Assembly (NCBI RefSeq): GCF_018977255.1 | Contig: NW_024704743.1 | Coordinates: 56,236,001 to 56,300,000 of the forward strand | Length of the DNA: 64,000 bases | Source: Callorhinchus milii | Taxonomy: Eukaryota | Direction: 5' to 3' | Part shown: piece after piece, positions 11,579 to 24,160 of the stretch | How positions within the stretch are numbered: the first letter of the stretch is position 1 | Layout of the letters: each line of letters starts with the position of its first letter | Translations under genes and position numbers: made by a program | The notes under the pieces: generated by a model | Databases searched by the model: none | The model's input: only the letters and a program-made list of their open reading frames with translations | Told to the model about the DNA's origin: nothing

Positions 11579-12805
11579 AAATGTTGACATAAATGTAGAA
11601 AAGAAACTGAGAACTTGGCAGTAATCTCGGTCATGCATTGTGAATCCCATGAGAACGCTTCACTCCGACTGGAGGGTTCCACATCAGTGAGGCAGAAAAA
11701 CTGACCTGGGCATGGCTTCACTACCAATGCTGTTTGGAAAAAACAATTAAGGGTCCATCATTTTCTTGTTTCCTTTTCTTTCTCTCTCTCTCTCTTCCCT
11801 TCGCCCCCCCCACCCCCCCACCCCCCACCAACCCCCATCGAATAAAATGATTAGTTCAGTTCGCTCAGTTCCACCAGTTTAATTCCACCTTAAATTCTTT
11901 AAGCCGTGATTCTTGCTTTTTTTTCCGCATAGATTTCAGCAGAAATACCTGATAGGAAACGAGGTATTTGATAACGATATAACGATACAGTATTAACATT
12001 TTGCTTCCCATTGTAGGGGGAAGAATGCACTGCGTGGCAGCCAGTTTACGTGGGGAAAATTAGCCAAAAATGGCCTTCCGGGGAAAACACCAGACTTAAT
12101 ACAAAAATAACTGATACAATTTTGATATGATGGGCATTTAACATTTTATTACAAACGTTAACATTGAATATAATATCAGCATATCAGTTGATCTCGAGTA
12201 TGAAGTTGAATATAAAACATGTCCACTTAAGACCATCCTAGTCCTTTGAGATTTTACCTTACATGGGATGATCTACTCCTCCAAGATTTATTGATCTGAT
12301 TAACAGAAACTTTTTAAAAAGCCACTATCTGAAAAGAAGAGAACTTCACTTGATGCCCTGGAATTGGCCATTCAGTTCATGGCTGTTTGTAGGACATTGT
12401 TGTGCACAGATTAGCTACCATGTTCACCTACATTTCCTAATGAATTCTACGAGGCATCATCCTGACATGAAAGGATGTCAAATCCGAGGATTATTATTTA
12501 AGTGTGACTGAAAGATAACTATGTTTTTGGAAGCTTATAGCAGCTTTTCAGCAATTTTGAAAGGTTATTCATGGGCCAAATGTATATTGTGATATTGTTT
12601 GCCATATAGTGATGGCTTTATCAAACTGGTGGTATTTCCTAATTTGGCAATGAAAGCATGATCAGTGAGCCAACATTTGTCATAAAGGCACATGCTTGCT
12701 TAATGGCATTCAAATAAAAGTACTGACCAGATCAGGGATGCACACTTCCTGAATCAGCACAGACTACTCTTGTAATGAAAACATTAAAAGGCTCCAAACA
12801 GTCTC

Positions 12806-13511
12806 AACAACAACAACAACAAGATTCCATTTATAGAGCGCCTTTCACGTCAGGAGGACGTCCCAAGGCGCTGCACAGTTGGGTCATGACCCGAGCAGGG
12901 GGGAAATGGTCAGGGTGAGGGGAGGGAAGGGAGGGAGAGAGGAGGGGGAAATGGTCAGGGTGAGGGGAGGGAAGGGAGGGAGCGAGGAGGAGGAAGAGAG
13001 TCGAGAGGGGAGCTGAAGGCACGGTCAAAGAGAAAGATTTTGAGACCGGCCTTGAAGGAGGAAAGGGAGGAAGCAAGGCGAAGGCACTGGGGGATGGAGT
13101 TCCAGAGCCTCGGGGCTGAGAGGCTGAAGGCCCGACCACCGATAGTAGGGCGGTTGGGGCGGGGGACGTGGAGCAGACCGGAGCCAGAGGAACGGAGGGT
13201 ACGGGCAGGTAGGTAGGGGGATAGTAGATTGGAGAGGTAGGAGGGAGCAAGGCCGTGAATGGCCTTGTAGGTGAGGATGAGGATCTTGAAATCAATCCTC
13301 TGGGGGATGGGGAGCCAGTGGAGGCGAGCGAGGGTGGGAGTGATGTGGTCCCGAAGCCTGGTGCGGGACAGTACACGAGCTGCAGAGTTCTGAATGACCT
13401 GCAGCTTGTGGAGGGAGGTGGCGGGAAGGCCGGCGAGGAGAGAGTTCCCATAGTCCAGCCTTGAGGTGACAAAGGCGTGAACCAGGGTTTCAGCAGCGTG
13501 AGGGGTGAGGT
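12806..13511 (-). mobile_element. Young 5'-truncated L2 LINE
   Basis: Minus-strand frame reads AAETLVHAFVTSRLDYGNSLLAGLP...LHWLPIPQRIDFKIL...GGRAFSLSAPRLWNSIP with CpGs retained; TSD agtctc (12800-12805 / 13512-13517). Confidence 0.9.
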
Positions 13512-15236
13512 AGTCTCTCCTAAGTTAATGGATTGTAGTTTCATGAGCTCACTGTTCCATATGCTAGAATTCATGAATGTGTTAATTTCTCATCTAGAAC
13601 AAGCCCCAATACAGTATTTTTATGTCATGTGCCTATATTTCCTGACACCTGCTCTCTGGTATCTAGTTATTGTCTTGCAGTTAGAGCATAAATGTTGTCA
13701 CTGCAATGCACCTTATTTTAAGTGGCTTTACTCCTGTATTTGGCTACATCTGTTGTTTTCACCTTTCCCTGCTATGTATCAGTCAGAATGTCTTTGTTCT
13801 TATCCATGTATGTGTGTGCATATTGTGTGTGTTTGTTTGTGCAAATGTATCTGCTCATTTGTAAATCAGCATGCCCACTGGTACATTTCTTGTTATTCAT
13901 TCAAGATTTCTGTATATTTTTGAGTGTATCTTTTTCTCTTCCCCCTAAGCCTTTATAAGATTACATCAGCAAAGCTAGAAAACCTTTTTAGAGATGTTAA
14001 AACCTTTGCCTCACTGACATCAGCCAATTCAGACATTGAACATGAGATCTTTCGATTTTGTGTGGCTTCCTTTCACACTCTTTATTGGCTTTGCTAACCA
14101 AGCATTGGGGCGAATCTCTGGCATTTTTGATTCATATTAACAAATACAAGACTTTGTAAAATTTCAGTGCAGCTGGGTCTAAATTTGATTCTGGAAAAAT
14201 ATTGTTATCATTACATTGTTGATCACCATAAATCATAGCTCTGCTTTGAATTGAATTTGCAACAGGAAATTCAACCATTCACATACTTTTTTTAGCGTAA
14301 CTTCATATTGACCCACTTCATTGACCCATTATTTATTTTCAAAATAATTTTTAGACAGCTCGATCTGTTCCATGTTTTACTTTAAACAAACTGTGGATTG
14401 TTTAAAGAATACCACATCATTCAAAATTTGTCTAAGTTGCAAAACCATCCACTTCCTGCATTTAATGTGTTCAGGATAACAGTTGGAATGCAAAACCTAT
14501 ATATAGTAACAAGGGCTTATTTTATGTTTTCTATTAATGCATTATTTGCTAACCATTAATTTAGATCATAAAGTTTTCTTAAATGTTCCATCCTATAATA
14601 AGATATATTTGCAGTCTATGCTTGATAATTCAAACCTTTTAAAATTATGTTATAGTAGATTGTTCAATACGATTTACATTTATATACCATCTTTCCTGTT
14701 GGGAAGATGTCTCAAAGCGCTTGACACTTCTGGCTGGGCACTTGAGTTGGGGATGGGAGCCAAAGAGAGTGGGAAGGGAAAAGATGACGAATGGCACAGT
14801 TAAAAAGGTACGTTTTGATTGATTGTAGACATTCACTGCAAAATTAGCTACTACACTTTGCTACACTTAAATTATGTAAAGTGCATCGAGACATCCTCCT
14901 GATGTTAAAGGCACCATATCAAATGCAAGAATTACTATTATTTTTTATTGGCAGGGATTGTTATTGACAGGGCAACTACTCTATAGGATTCTGATAAGTA
15001 AAACAGACCAGCAAGTTTCCAGTCTTAATCCTTGGTCTGTGTTGTTACCTGAGCTCAGTTGCAAAAGAATATGGTGATGAAACATCAGGGAAGGTTCCAA
15101 CTTTAGTCAAGAATCCACTTCCATGATCATTTGAGATAATACCTTCAAATCTTCTCACTGGTTTGCAGAGCTTGATGGCTGCCAACGTCTAGTTAGCAGC
15201 AATGTTTGATTTGTCAATGAGAATGACAGATGTCTA

Positions 15237-16063
15237 CAACAACAACAAGATTACATTTGTATAGCGCCTTTCACGTTGGGAGGATGTCCCAAGGCGCTGG
15301 ACAGTGTACAGCACTTCAGAACTGAGCTGGGGTCACGGGGGAAGAAGGGAGGGGAGGGGAAGGGGGGTGGCCGATGGCAAGGTCGAAGAGGAGGGTCTTG
15401 AGGTGGGACTTAAAGGAGGCTAAGGAGGGGGTGAGGCGGAGTGATTGGGGGATGGAATTCCAGAGGTTGGGGGCAGAGTGGCTGAAGGCTCTCCCACCAA
15501 TGGTGGGGCGGGTTGGTCGGGGGACGTGGAGCAGGCTGGAGCCGGCTGAGCAGAGGGAGCAGGCGGGTTGATAGAGGGTTAGAAGGTCACAGAGGTAGAG
15601 TGGGGCGAGGCCATGGAGGGCTTTGTAGGTGAGGACCAGGATCTTGAAGGATAGGGAGCCAATGGAGTTGGGTAAGAATGGGCGAGATGGGGTCTCGGAG
15701 TTTGGTGCAGGAGAGGACATGGGCTGCAGAGTTCTGGATTATCTACAGCCTGTGGAGGGAGGAGTTGGGAAGGCCGACAAGCAGGGTGTTTGCATAGTCG
15801 AGCCTGGAGTGATGAAGGCATGAACAAGAGTTTCAGCGGCCGGAGGGGTGAGGTAGTGGCGGTGTCGGGCGATGTTACGAAGGTGAGGGAAGGCAGAGCG
15901 GGTCATGGCTTGGATGTGGGGAAGAAAAGACAGTTGAGGGTCGGACAAGACACCTGGGTTCCTGACTGGCGGTGAGTTGAAGTGTGTAACCACGGAGGTT
16001 GATGCTGCCAGAGCCTGAGGTGCAGAGGCGCCGGTGTGAGCCAATCAGGAGGGCCTGATCAGG
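15237..16063 (-). mobile_element. 5'-truncated L2 LINE
   Basis: ORF remnants SFKILVLTYKALHGLAPLYL...GGRAFSHSAPNLWNSIP; (TTG)n tail; possible TSD gtcta. Confidence 0.88.
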
Positions 16064-16364
16064 GTCTAATGGAACAGTTTGATGGGAAAATGTCAATCAA
16101 TCTGTAATAATTGACTAATTTGCTTTCATGTTCAGTGACACCTCCTGCTGGATCTTGAAGTGGTTCATTTTTGAAATTAGGCATTTCCAGATTTTGACAC
16201 AAAGCTATCACCCATCTCCTTCCTCTCTGCAGCCAAAACCTCTTCCTACGTAATATCATACTGGAGGGCAAAAACATTCCCAATTTATTCTCCACTTACT
16301 AAGAACTAAACTACCTCCGATACCAACCCTCCCCATGACCGTTCCAACCTCTTTTCTGATTGAA

Positions 16365-16680
16365 AGGGGTGTGTTTCATTGTTGGAGATGCTGTCCTTCA
16401 GATAAGATGTTAAACCGAGGTCCCCATCTGCCTGTTCAAGCAAATGTTAAAAGATACTGTGGCAATAATTGGAGGGAAAAATAAGGGAGATTCTCCTCTT
16501 GTCCTGGCCAACAATCTCCCAATAAGAAAATGGTCATTTGTTTCATGGCTGCTTGTGGGATATTGTTATGTGCACTTGGGCTGCCGCATTTGCCTACAAG
16601 TACGGAGTCACTCCATTTCATTGTAAATCCTGTGAAACACTTGTCCTTCCGAGATGATAAGGTGCTATACCAAATGCAAT
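16365..16680 (+). mobile_element. Older Deu-domain SINE, 5'-truncated
   Basis: gatgttaaaccgaggtcccc, ggctgcttgtgggatattgttatgtgc and ggtgctataccaaatgca motifs. Confidence 0.65.
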
Positions 16681-17125
16681 GTAAAGTGTCCATGAATATT
16701 CTTGTCTTAAAAATCAGCCTCCTGCCCCTCTGCTCTCCCTACATTCCTCTTCTTCCCTTTGCCTTGCATATATTCTTCTATGTTTGCCTCATCTCTCACC
16801 GCACTCATCACTCACATGCAACCTACCTTTACTGATCACTAGACGTAGTCAACCAGAGATCGCACATAAATTATAACACCAATGAAACCTACTGTCCACA
16901 GATAATCAGATGCTATGTCCACCAATAACAACCCTATCTGTGATTTGAAATCAAGCATATAACTTGTGCTCTGTTGGTGTTCCTACTGTGTCTAGTGTTT
17001 CAGTCTTGTGGATTATAACATTTAAACATGATTAAGTAATTGCCTTGCAAGGTATTGCTAGCTATCAATTTTATCCTTTATATAAGTGGGAAGTTACTGA
17101 AGCTATGATCTATGGGCTTTACTTG

Positions 17126-17340
17126 TGGAGTCCTGTAGCTCAGTGGTTAGAGCACTCGCCTCGCAAGCGAGACACCTGGGTTCAATTCCAGGCAGGGCGG
17201 AACCTTGGGCAAGTTTCCTTACTCCACACACCTAATAATAATCCCTCCAAAACAAAACAATAATACATTGGTCATCTTCAATCCACGACTGTTTGTGGGA
17301 CACTGTTGTGCGTAATTGGCTGCCGCGTTTCGCCCACAAA
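17126..17340 (+). mobile_element. Young tRNA-headed SINE, 3'-truncated
   Basis: tggagtcctgtagctcagtggttagagcactcgcc...ggttcaattcc; matches the reverse complement of 902-1219. Confidence 0.85.
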
Positions 17341-17463
17341 TGCAATTGAAAAGCTATGTTATAATCCTTGCATTTAATGGAGTCCTGTAGCTCAGTGGTT
17401 AGAGCGCCTAATAAGGTCATTTTCAATCTACGACTCACAAATATACAGTCAATTCACTTTACA

Positions 17464-18071
17464 GGGGCATAGAGTACAAGAGTCAGGAGGTTATGATTAA
17501 CCTGTATAAAACTGGTTCGGCCTCAGTTGGAATATTGTGCCCAGTTCTGGGCACCACACTATAGGAAGGATGTTAAGGTATTAGAATAGTGCAGAGGAGA
17601 TTTACAAGAATGGTACCAGGAATGAGGGACCTTGATTATGAGGAAAGGCTAGAGAGGCTGGGATTATTCTCATTGGAGCAGAGACGGTTACAAGGAGACC
17701 GAATAGAGGACTTCAAAATCATGAGCGGATTTGATAGGTTAGAAAGGGAAAAACTGTTTCCACTGGTGGGTGTGTCGAGGTCACAGATTCAAAATCATAT
17801 CTAAAAGAAGCAGAGGGGAGGTGAGAAGAAATTTTTTCATGCAGCGAGTTGTTCGAATCTGGAACGCATTGCCTGAAAGGGTGGTGGAGGCCGATTCGAT
17901 AACTACTTTTAAAAATGCGGTGGACGGATATTTGAGGAGGATGAGTTTGCAGGGTTATGGGGAAAAGGCTGGGGAGTGGGATTGACATTACATTGCTCTT
18001 CTCAAAGAGCCGGCACAGACTCAATGGGCCGAATGGTCTCTTTTTGTGCTGTACGATTCTATGATTCTATG
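17464..18071 (+). mobile_element. 5'-truncated CR1 LINE
   Basis: Encodes [34 protein letters not shown]...QRRFTRMVPGM...RRNFFMQRVVRIWNALP with frameshifts; (ATTCTATG)n tail typical of CR1. Confidence 0.9.
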
Positions 18072-20689
18072 AAAGTGAATTGTCTGTATATTTTGTGGGC
18101 AAATGTTAGTGTGTTTGTATGGTTTTGTGGGGGAAATGATTATCCTGGCTAATATTCCTCACTCAAATTCATCCAAAGCAATTCAGGATTGTTGACTACT
18201 GGTCAGTTTGTTGAACATTGCTGGTGCAAGTTAGTTAATTTAGTTTGCCTATGTAGTATTCTCTTTATTTCTAATCATTCTCATTTTTTTAAGCATTTTG
18301 ATGTGTCACTCAGCAAGAAAGGCATTGTATAAGCACGAGTTGTTTACTGCAGTACTTTGCTATTAGTAGCTAAGATACAACTCCACATCTCGTGGAAGAA
18401 AGCCACTGGGTGATATCAGCTGGCACAGGGATCACGCGGAGGTTGGTCATTTACTGTTGGGAGGAAGCTCAGCTGTTACCGAGACAAATCTGTGTTGCTA
18501 CAGCTGTGAGAAAATGCAGTTATGAAACCAGTCGCTGAACCCTGGATATGCACCGTACCAGCTGATGCAAAGGGCATGCTTATCCTGGCCTAAATGGTTC
18601 TGATGACAGATTTGCTCTATTAAACTGAGATTTATTTGTAAAGAAGACAGTAAGTGCTTTGTCTCCTGTTAAAAATGATATCTCAATGATCGTACATCAG
18701 AAGCATTCAGTAACTTGAACAATTTGGTTACGTATGCCTCAAAATCCTGACCATAATGGTTCCCCAGAGTTCCAAACATTGATAAACAAAACTATTTTTA
18801 ACTCCATGTGAAAACATAAAATTTAGGAAAAGACGCTCAAACATTTATTTTTTAAATTTACCTTTTTTAAAAGCAATCCCTCTATCAATTGTCATGTAAT
18901 TTTTCCTTCATTCTTCTTCTGAAAGCTTTTAACTATTTTTTTCCTCCCATTAGGATACAGTTCCAGTGGCCTTTTTTTGTGCAACTTAAGTTTATACATC
19001 TCTTTGGGTCCCCTCTCAATCTTCTCTGCGCCAATGAAAATTGATCCTACTTTTCAATCTCTCATCGTAACTAAAGCCCCTCACCCCTGATATCACCGTT
19101 TAACCACTCTGTGATGCTATCCCACATCAAGGGTGCTATATAAATGCAAGTTGTTGTTCATTTCTGCATTTAAACACTTCTGTAATTTATTGTACTAAGG
19201 TTTGTGTAATTCTCCAAATATGATGTGCATGTGTTTCTTTGTGAAAGGATTTTTTTGACAATATGAGGTTTGTGTTATTTGGGAGCATTGCGCATTTTTC
19301 AAAATGAATGACATTCTGTTTGTGTATCGGGAAAGCGGGGGGGGAAGAGAGAGAAGAGAGGAAAGCAAACTATAATGTAAGTAGGAAATTGTCATCTGTT
19401 TTACATCCTATTTTTACCAAAGAGATATTTGATTCATCTGATGGAACCTGTTACATTACAAAGGGAGCTGCAGCCATTCAGTGTATATTTAAAAGGGTAT
19501 TATTATCACAATGGGAATCAAAGGAGAGACTTTGTTCTGAGCAAAGGCAGGATCAAGTAGGTTTCCAAAAGTATTCTAATACAGAATAGTATTTGCTGCA
19601 TTTGATGGGCTGTTTGCTGCACTGTGGAATATATCTGTAGCAGGTTTTGATTTTGTCCGTTTCACTCTTACATTTTCATCAATTGAAAGCTTACGGCGGT
19701 GGGAGGGATGGGTTGGCAGAGTGACATACTTGTTCTTTAATTATAAACTGGAGAAATTGTTTAGCAAGACCAATTTTATATACACATGTAATCCTTGCAA
19801 TTCAGAGCACCTGAAGTTTAATCTTTCAGTTTTCTGTCTGTAAAGTGTCGTGACTGAATATGTGCATGTACACACATTACCTGTGCAGCATTAATTACAG
19901 GCTAACTGCTCCATTTATTTTCTGATTCATGGCACCACATGGGGTATGTGGCAAGGAAGATGAAAGCTAATGGTGGTGCTTTCCTTCAGGCTGATAGATA
20001 GCTCACTAAATTAGTGTGTCACTGCATGGGTTTTCAAGCGTGCAGATTTCCAAACATCATCCACTTTTCATGAAGCCTCTTTCTTTAAGATGCTCCATGT
20101 AGGTTAAGTAGGAGGATGCATTTTAAGTTTCAGCAACTCTGATCGCAAACAGTATACGCACCCTAAAGCTTGTCCATGGTAACAATCTTAAACTTCCTTG
20201 TTATGCAATTAGTGCACCAGAAACGGCTTCCCTTTCTCAATGGTTGACTGCCTCTCACAACAATGGTTCATTTGCCACATGATGGAATGGGTCTAATTGG
20301 GATATGCTGTAATTCTTTAGGTACAATTTACATTTATATAATGCCTTTCACAGCAGGGGCTGTCTCAAAGTGCCTACCAAGGGTGATGTGAAAATATAAA
20401 TTCTTGCATTTGATACAGTCTCATATTAGGAGGATATCTCAAAGCTCTTCACAGGATTTACTGTAAAGTGTAGTGAACGTATTTGTGAGGGTGAATTGAG
20501 CAACTGTGTTCTGACCGATATGGCAAACGATAACCATGCTTAAAAGTGTCCAAACCAGAGTTCCATGCATGCCACCTACAATTTAATTTAATTAATTTAA
20601 GTATTAGGCACATGTTGGCAAGAGCCAAGGCCTAGAGTTTGCAATGGGGCCTTGCTGGAGATTAACCAGCTAAAACTACATGGCTTGCT

Positions 20690-21560
20690 ATTCAAAGCAC
20701 TGCCTGTCATGCTTTCCTGTTGCTTGTCCTACCAGGACCTCTCTACTCATTATGCCAGTGGCTTGCAGTGTTAACAGGACTTGAGCGAGAAGAATTCCTG
20801 TCCCCAGAGACTGGTCTGCCCTTCCAGGACCCCTTGACTGCCAATGAGTCAAGCTGGCTGTGCTGTCATCAGCAGTGCCCTGGAATTCTGGATTACTGAG
20901 GGACCGGATTACTGAGACCCCATAGAGGATTTGTTCCATTTCTAACATTTCATTGCCAAGTATGCCACCTTGGAGCCAGTTCAGCTCCAAGCGTCGTACA
21001 AGGTTTGAGCCTTCACTAGGTGGATGGCAGGTATCAGGAACTCACTGCGAGCTTTTTGGAGTGCAGTGCAGCTCAGCATGAAATGTGTGGGAGCATTGCC
21101 ACCATCTTCCTGCCCACAGCTTGTACATACAACCCTACCCATTGAGGGTTGGTTCCATCATTTGGAAATGCAGATCTTGAGCAGCAGCCACTTGCCTCTG
21201 CGAGTTAATCAAGGTGGATACCAAGCCCTGGATACATTGCCACACCTTCCAGTAGCTGTCGCCCCAAGCCTCAGAGCTTCCTCATCAGCTATCTGGTGGA
21301 CATCTGCCTTCAGTGTGGTGGGAGGATCTTTACAGGACAGCTTGTGATGTTCTTGGGTGCACGTCCAATGCGGTTCTTCAAGCTTACTGATTACCAGCTG
21401 CTTAACCCAGTCCTGATGTGAGAGGCCTTGGCAAATAGGTTTGCCCAGCATCAAGCCGTCTCCACCTCTAGGTGCTCAGTAACAGGTCAGGTTAGGTTGG
21501 AGCCAGCACTCCCTGCAGCTGCTTGTCACAGTACCGTAAGACAGTGTCAAAGTAAATATT
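20690..21560 (-). mobile_element. Decayed non-LTR retrotransposon ORF2 C-terminal region (not L2/CR1)
   Basis: Minus strand reads VCTSCGQEDGGNAPTHFMLSCTALQKARSEFLIPAI, a CCHC zinc knuckle; region is GC-richer than its flanks and frameshifted. Confidence 0.55.
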
Positions 21561-23839
21561 GGTATCCACCCAGATACTGATGAGAATTGACAATTGGGAC
21601 GGCTGCCACTTGTATCTTCCAATCCATACCCTCAAGATCACCTTATGAGCTGCTTAACAATAAGAACAACAACAACAACATTGCATTTATAGAGCGCCTT
21701 TCACGTCGGGAGAACGTCCCTCCTCAGTACTTCAGTGGAGCGTCAGCCTTGACAATGTTTAAAAATCAAATGCAATGTGAACCCAACCTTCTACCTGAGG
21801 TGAGTGCTGCTGGCTTAGCCAGGCTGAACACCAACTTGACATTACCATTGGAGTTTCTTTCTTATAATTAAATTGTGTTTTTCAGAAGTTGGGGGTAATT
21901 CCCTCAGAGCTTTGGCCTTGAGCAAGAAATTACTTGGATTCACTCTTGATATTCTTTTGAAGAAGCTTCCTTTGAATACAATTTGCGATCAGAAACTGTT
22001 TATATTTTATTTCAGTTAGCTTTGTGATTGTAAGCCATCAAAATTTTGTCAGCATTTGCTTCATTTTTGGTTGGTTGGTTTGCAAATCTAGAAGTGAGAT
22101 AAAGTGATTTGTGGCAGTAAATCTGCAAATGGGACGTGCTTTGATTGTCATTGTGAGTTGCCTTCAATTTCTGAGATTGATAGCTTTGATCCGTTAGATG
22201 CAAAAACTTATATTTATACAGCACCCTTTATGTAGGATAATATTTTGGAGCACTTCACATTGTCCACATACATACTTAACCTTAATAATGATTTTTTTAT
22301 TTCATTAGAAGAGTAAAGTCGGGGTTATGCGAAGTTGTACACCAATCGCATTTATATATGTTATCACGAGTCTTAGTATATCCTGTAGAAGTTGTAGAGC
22401 CTGATATTTACTTATGATATAAATGGGCACACATGCACAATGAATAAGGAAGTGCTGTGTGTTCCCATTTATATCATTGGCTGGAATTCTGTGCACCCCA
22501 AGCTACCACTTTATAATGATGCTCCTGTGTACTTAGTAATACCTTAAATCTCCGTGGCAAATATTTACAAAAGGTTAAAGTAATTGCTCTGTGTACAGAA
22601 AGACGAGAAAACTGTTCTGCATGAAGGATTACCATTTTCATGTATCCATGATTTTTCTGTAGATTTCTAACAATGGATATTATGAACCGGGATTGGAGAA
22701 GAGTACTGATTAATAGTTCTAAATACGAAAATTAACAAAAACTTTCCCTTTGTTAGATTCTTCTTGTGCATAATTGCAATAACTGTAAGAATGATCTCTT
22801 AAGGGAGATTTAATTCTTTCATCAATGTAGCAATTCAAAGAGCTGCTTTTCAATGTGTTATCCTCCCCAGCAAGATCAGCTTCATGTCAAATACAGTGAC
22901 AACATCAATAAAGATGTATTACTAATAAGAATTCAGAATGGATGGATTGAATCTAGTCCTTTAAAACTGCATCTCCTTTGCTAAGGCTGTCCTTTCACTA
23001 TGGTAAGAAATGCATGTATGTGTAGAGGGGCCAGATTTCATATCATTCAGATTCTGTCTGCATCATGCTGGGGCACTTGATGTAGTCACTGAGATGTGAT
23101 GCTGTGCCCTAAGCTGTTGTCTTTGAGCCCTCCTCATTCATCGTAGTGATAAATACATTGAAGGTCTCTCTGACTGCCTTCATGCTGAACAGCTGAGTCA
23201 TGATTCTAACAACTTCACAAACTGGCTGTAAATCACACCAGTCACAGAGTGAATGCTTGAATAACCGCAGTACATATATTTGAACGTGGGTTATGAATCA
23301 GAGGTTGAATTATAGTGCAACGTTTGGATCGTTGCTTAATTGAGGTGAATCTGTGTTTCTTTTAGGTATGGTGGTGTGGGGCAGTGTAAGAAGACTATAA
23401 TTTTACAAAAACTATTTCATAAATTGTTGAACTTCTATACCAGCTGAGTTCTGTAAGTACCAGGAAATTGGATTAAATGTAGTTGTGATGTGATGCAAAT
23501 GATTTTGTTTTTTAATCTTTGCTGAAAACATTCTTTATGTAAAGAGCATTATGTAACTGCAGGATTATCAGGTATGTGAATAAGTGAACATGAAGGATAC
23601 CTGGATGTGATTACAGGGCAGTAATCCAATCGAGAGGCTCAGAGAACATAAATTGCAAGAAAATAAATTGATCAGTAACTAATTATCTGAAATCCAGTAT
23701 TCAATTAGAGTGAAACCTTGAAATTGTCACAAAATGTGTATATAGATGAACAAGGATGCCTGGAAAATGTCCATGCGTACATGGTATGCATACATGGAAC
23801 TCAGCCTGTTTTTTAAAAAAATGCATTTCAAGTCAGGAG

Positions 23840-24160
23840 GATCACAGGATTTACTGTAAAATGTAGTAACTGTTCGGAGGCAAACAGTGTGCCACAACAG
23901 CCATAAAGTGAATGATCAATTTTATTTGGGAAATTGTTGACCAAGGCATTGGCAAAAACTCCATACTCTGTTTGAATAGTGTCATGGGATCTTTAACGAA
24001 AGGCAGGTAGGACCTCGGTTTAACAGTTCATCCAAAGAAAAGCACCTCCAACAATGCAGCTTACCGAAGCACTGGATTGATAGCCCAGAAAATGAAATCC
24101 TGATGTGGGGTTTGAACCAACAGCCTTCTGACGCAGAGTAAAGAGTGCTACCGACTGAGA
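23840..24160 (-). mobile_element. Older Deu-domain SINE
   Basis: Reverse complement of the head (cttctgacgcagagtaaagagtgctaccgactgag) and of gatgaactgttaaaccgagg. Confidence 0.65.

Noticed and set aside
12831..13574. 247-aa minus-strand ORF, the longest in the track
   Set aside because: It is an off-frame, Pro/Ser-rich reading of the C-rich L2 sequence; the real L2 ORF2 remnant lies in another frame.
13477..13958. Cys-rich ORFs (148 and 78 aa)
   Set aside because: Products of TG-rich low-complexity sequence, with no domain or splice support.
17126..17200. tRNA-Ala-like sequence with A and B boxes
   Set aside because: It is a SINE head: multi-copy, continuous with the SINE body, and lacking a proper acceptor stem.
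17436..18098. CR1 apparently flanked by ~25-bp inverted repeats
   Set aside because: Explained by a + mini-SINE on the left and the resumed minus-strand host SINE on the right, not by TIRs.
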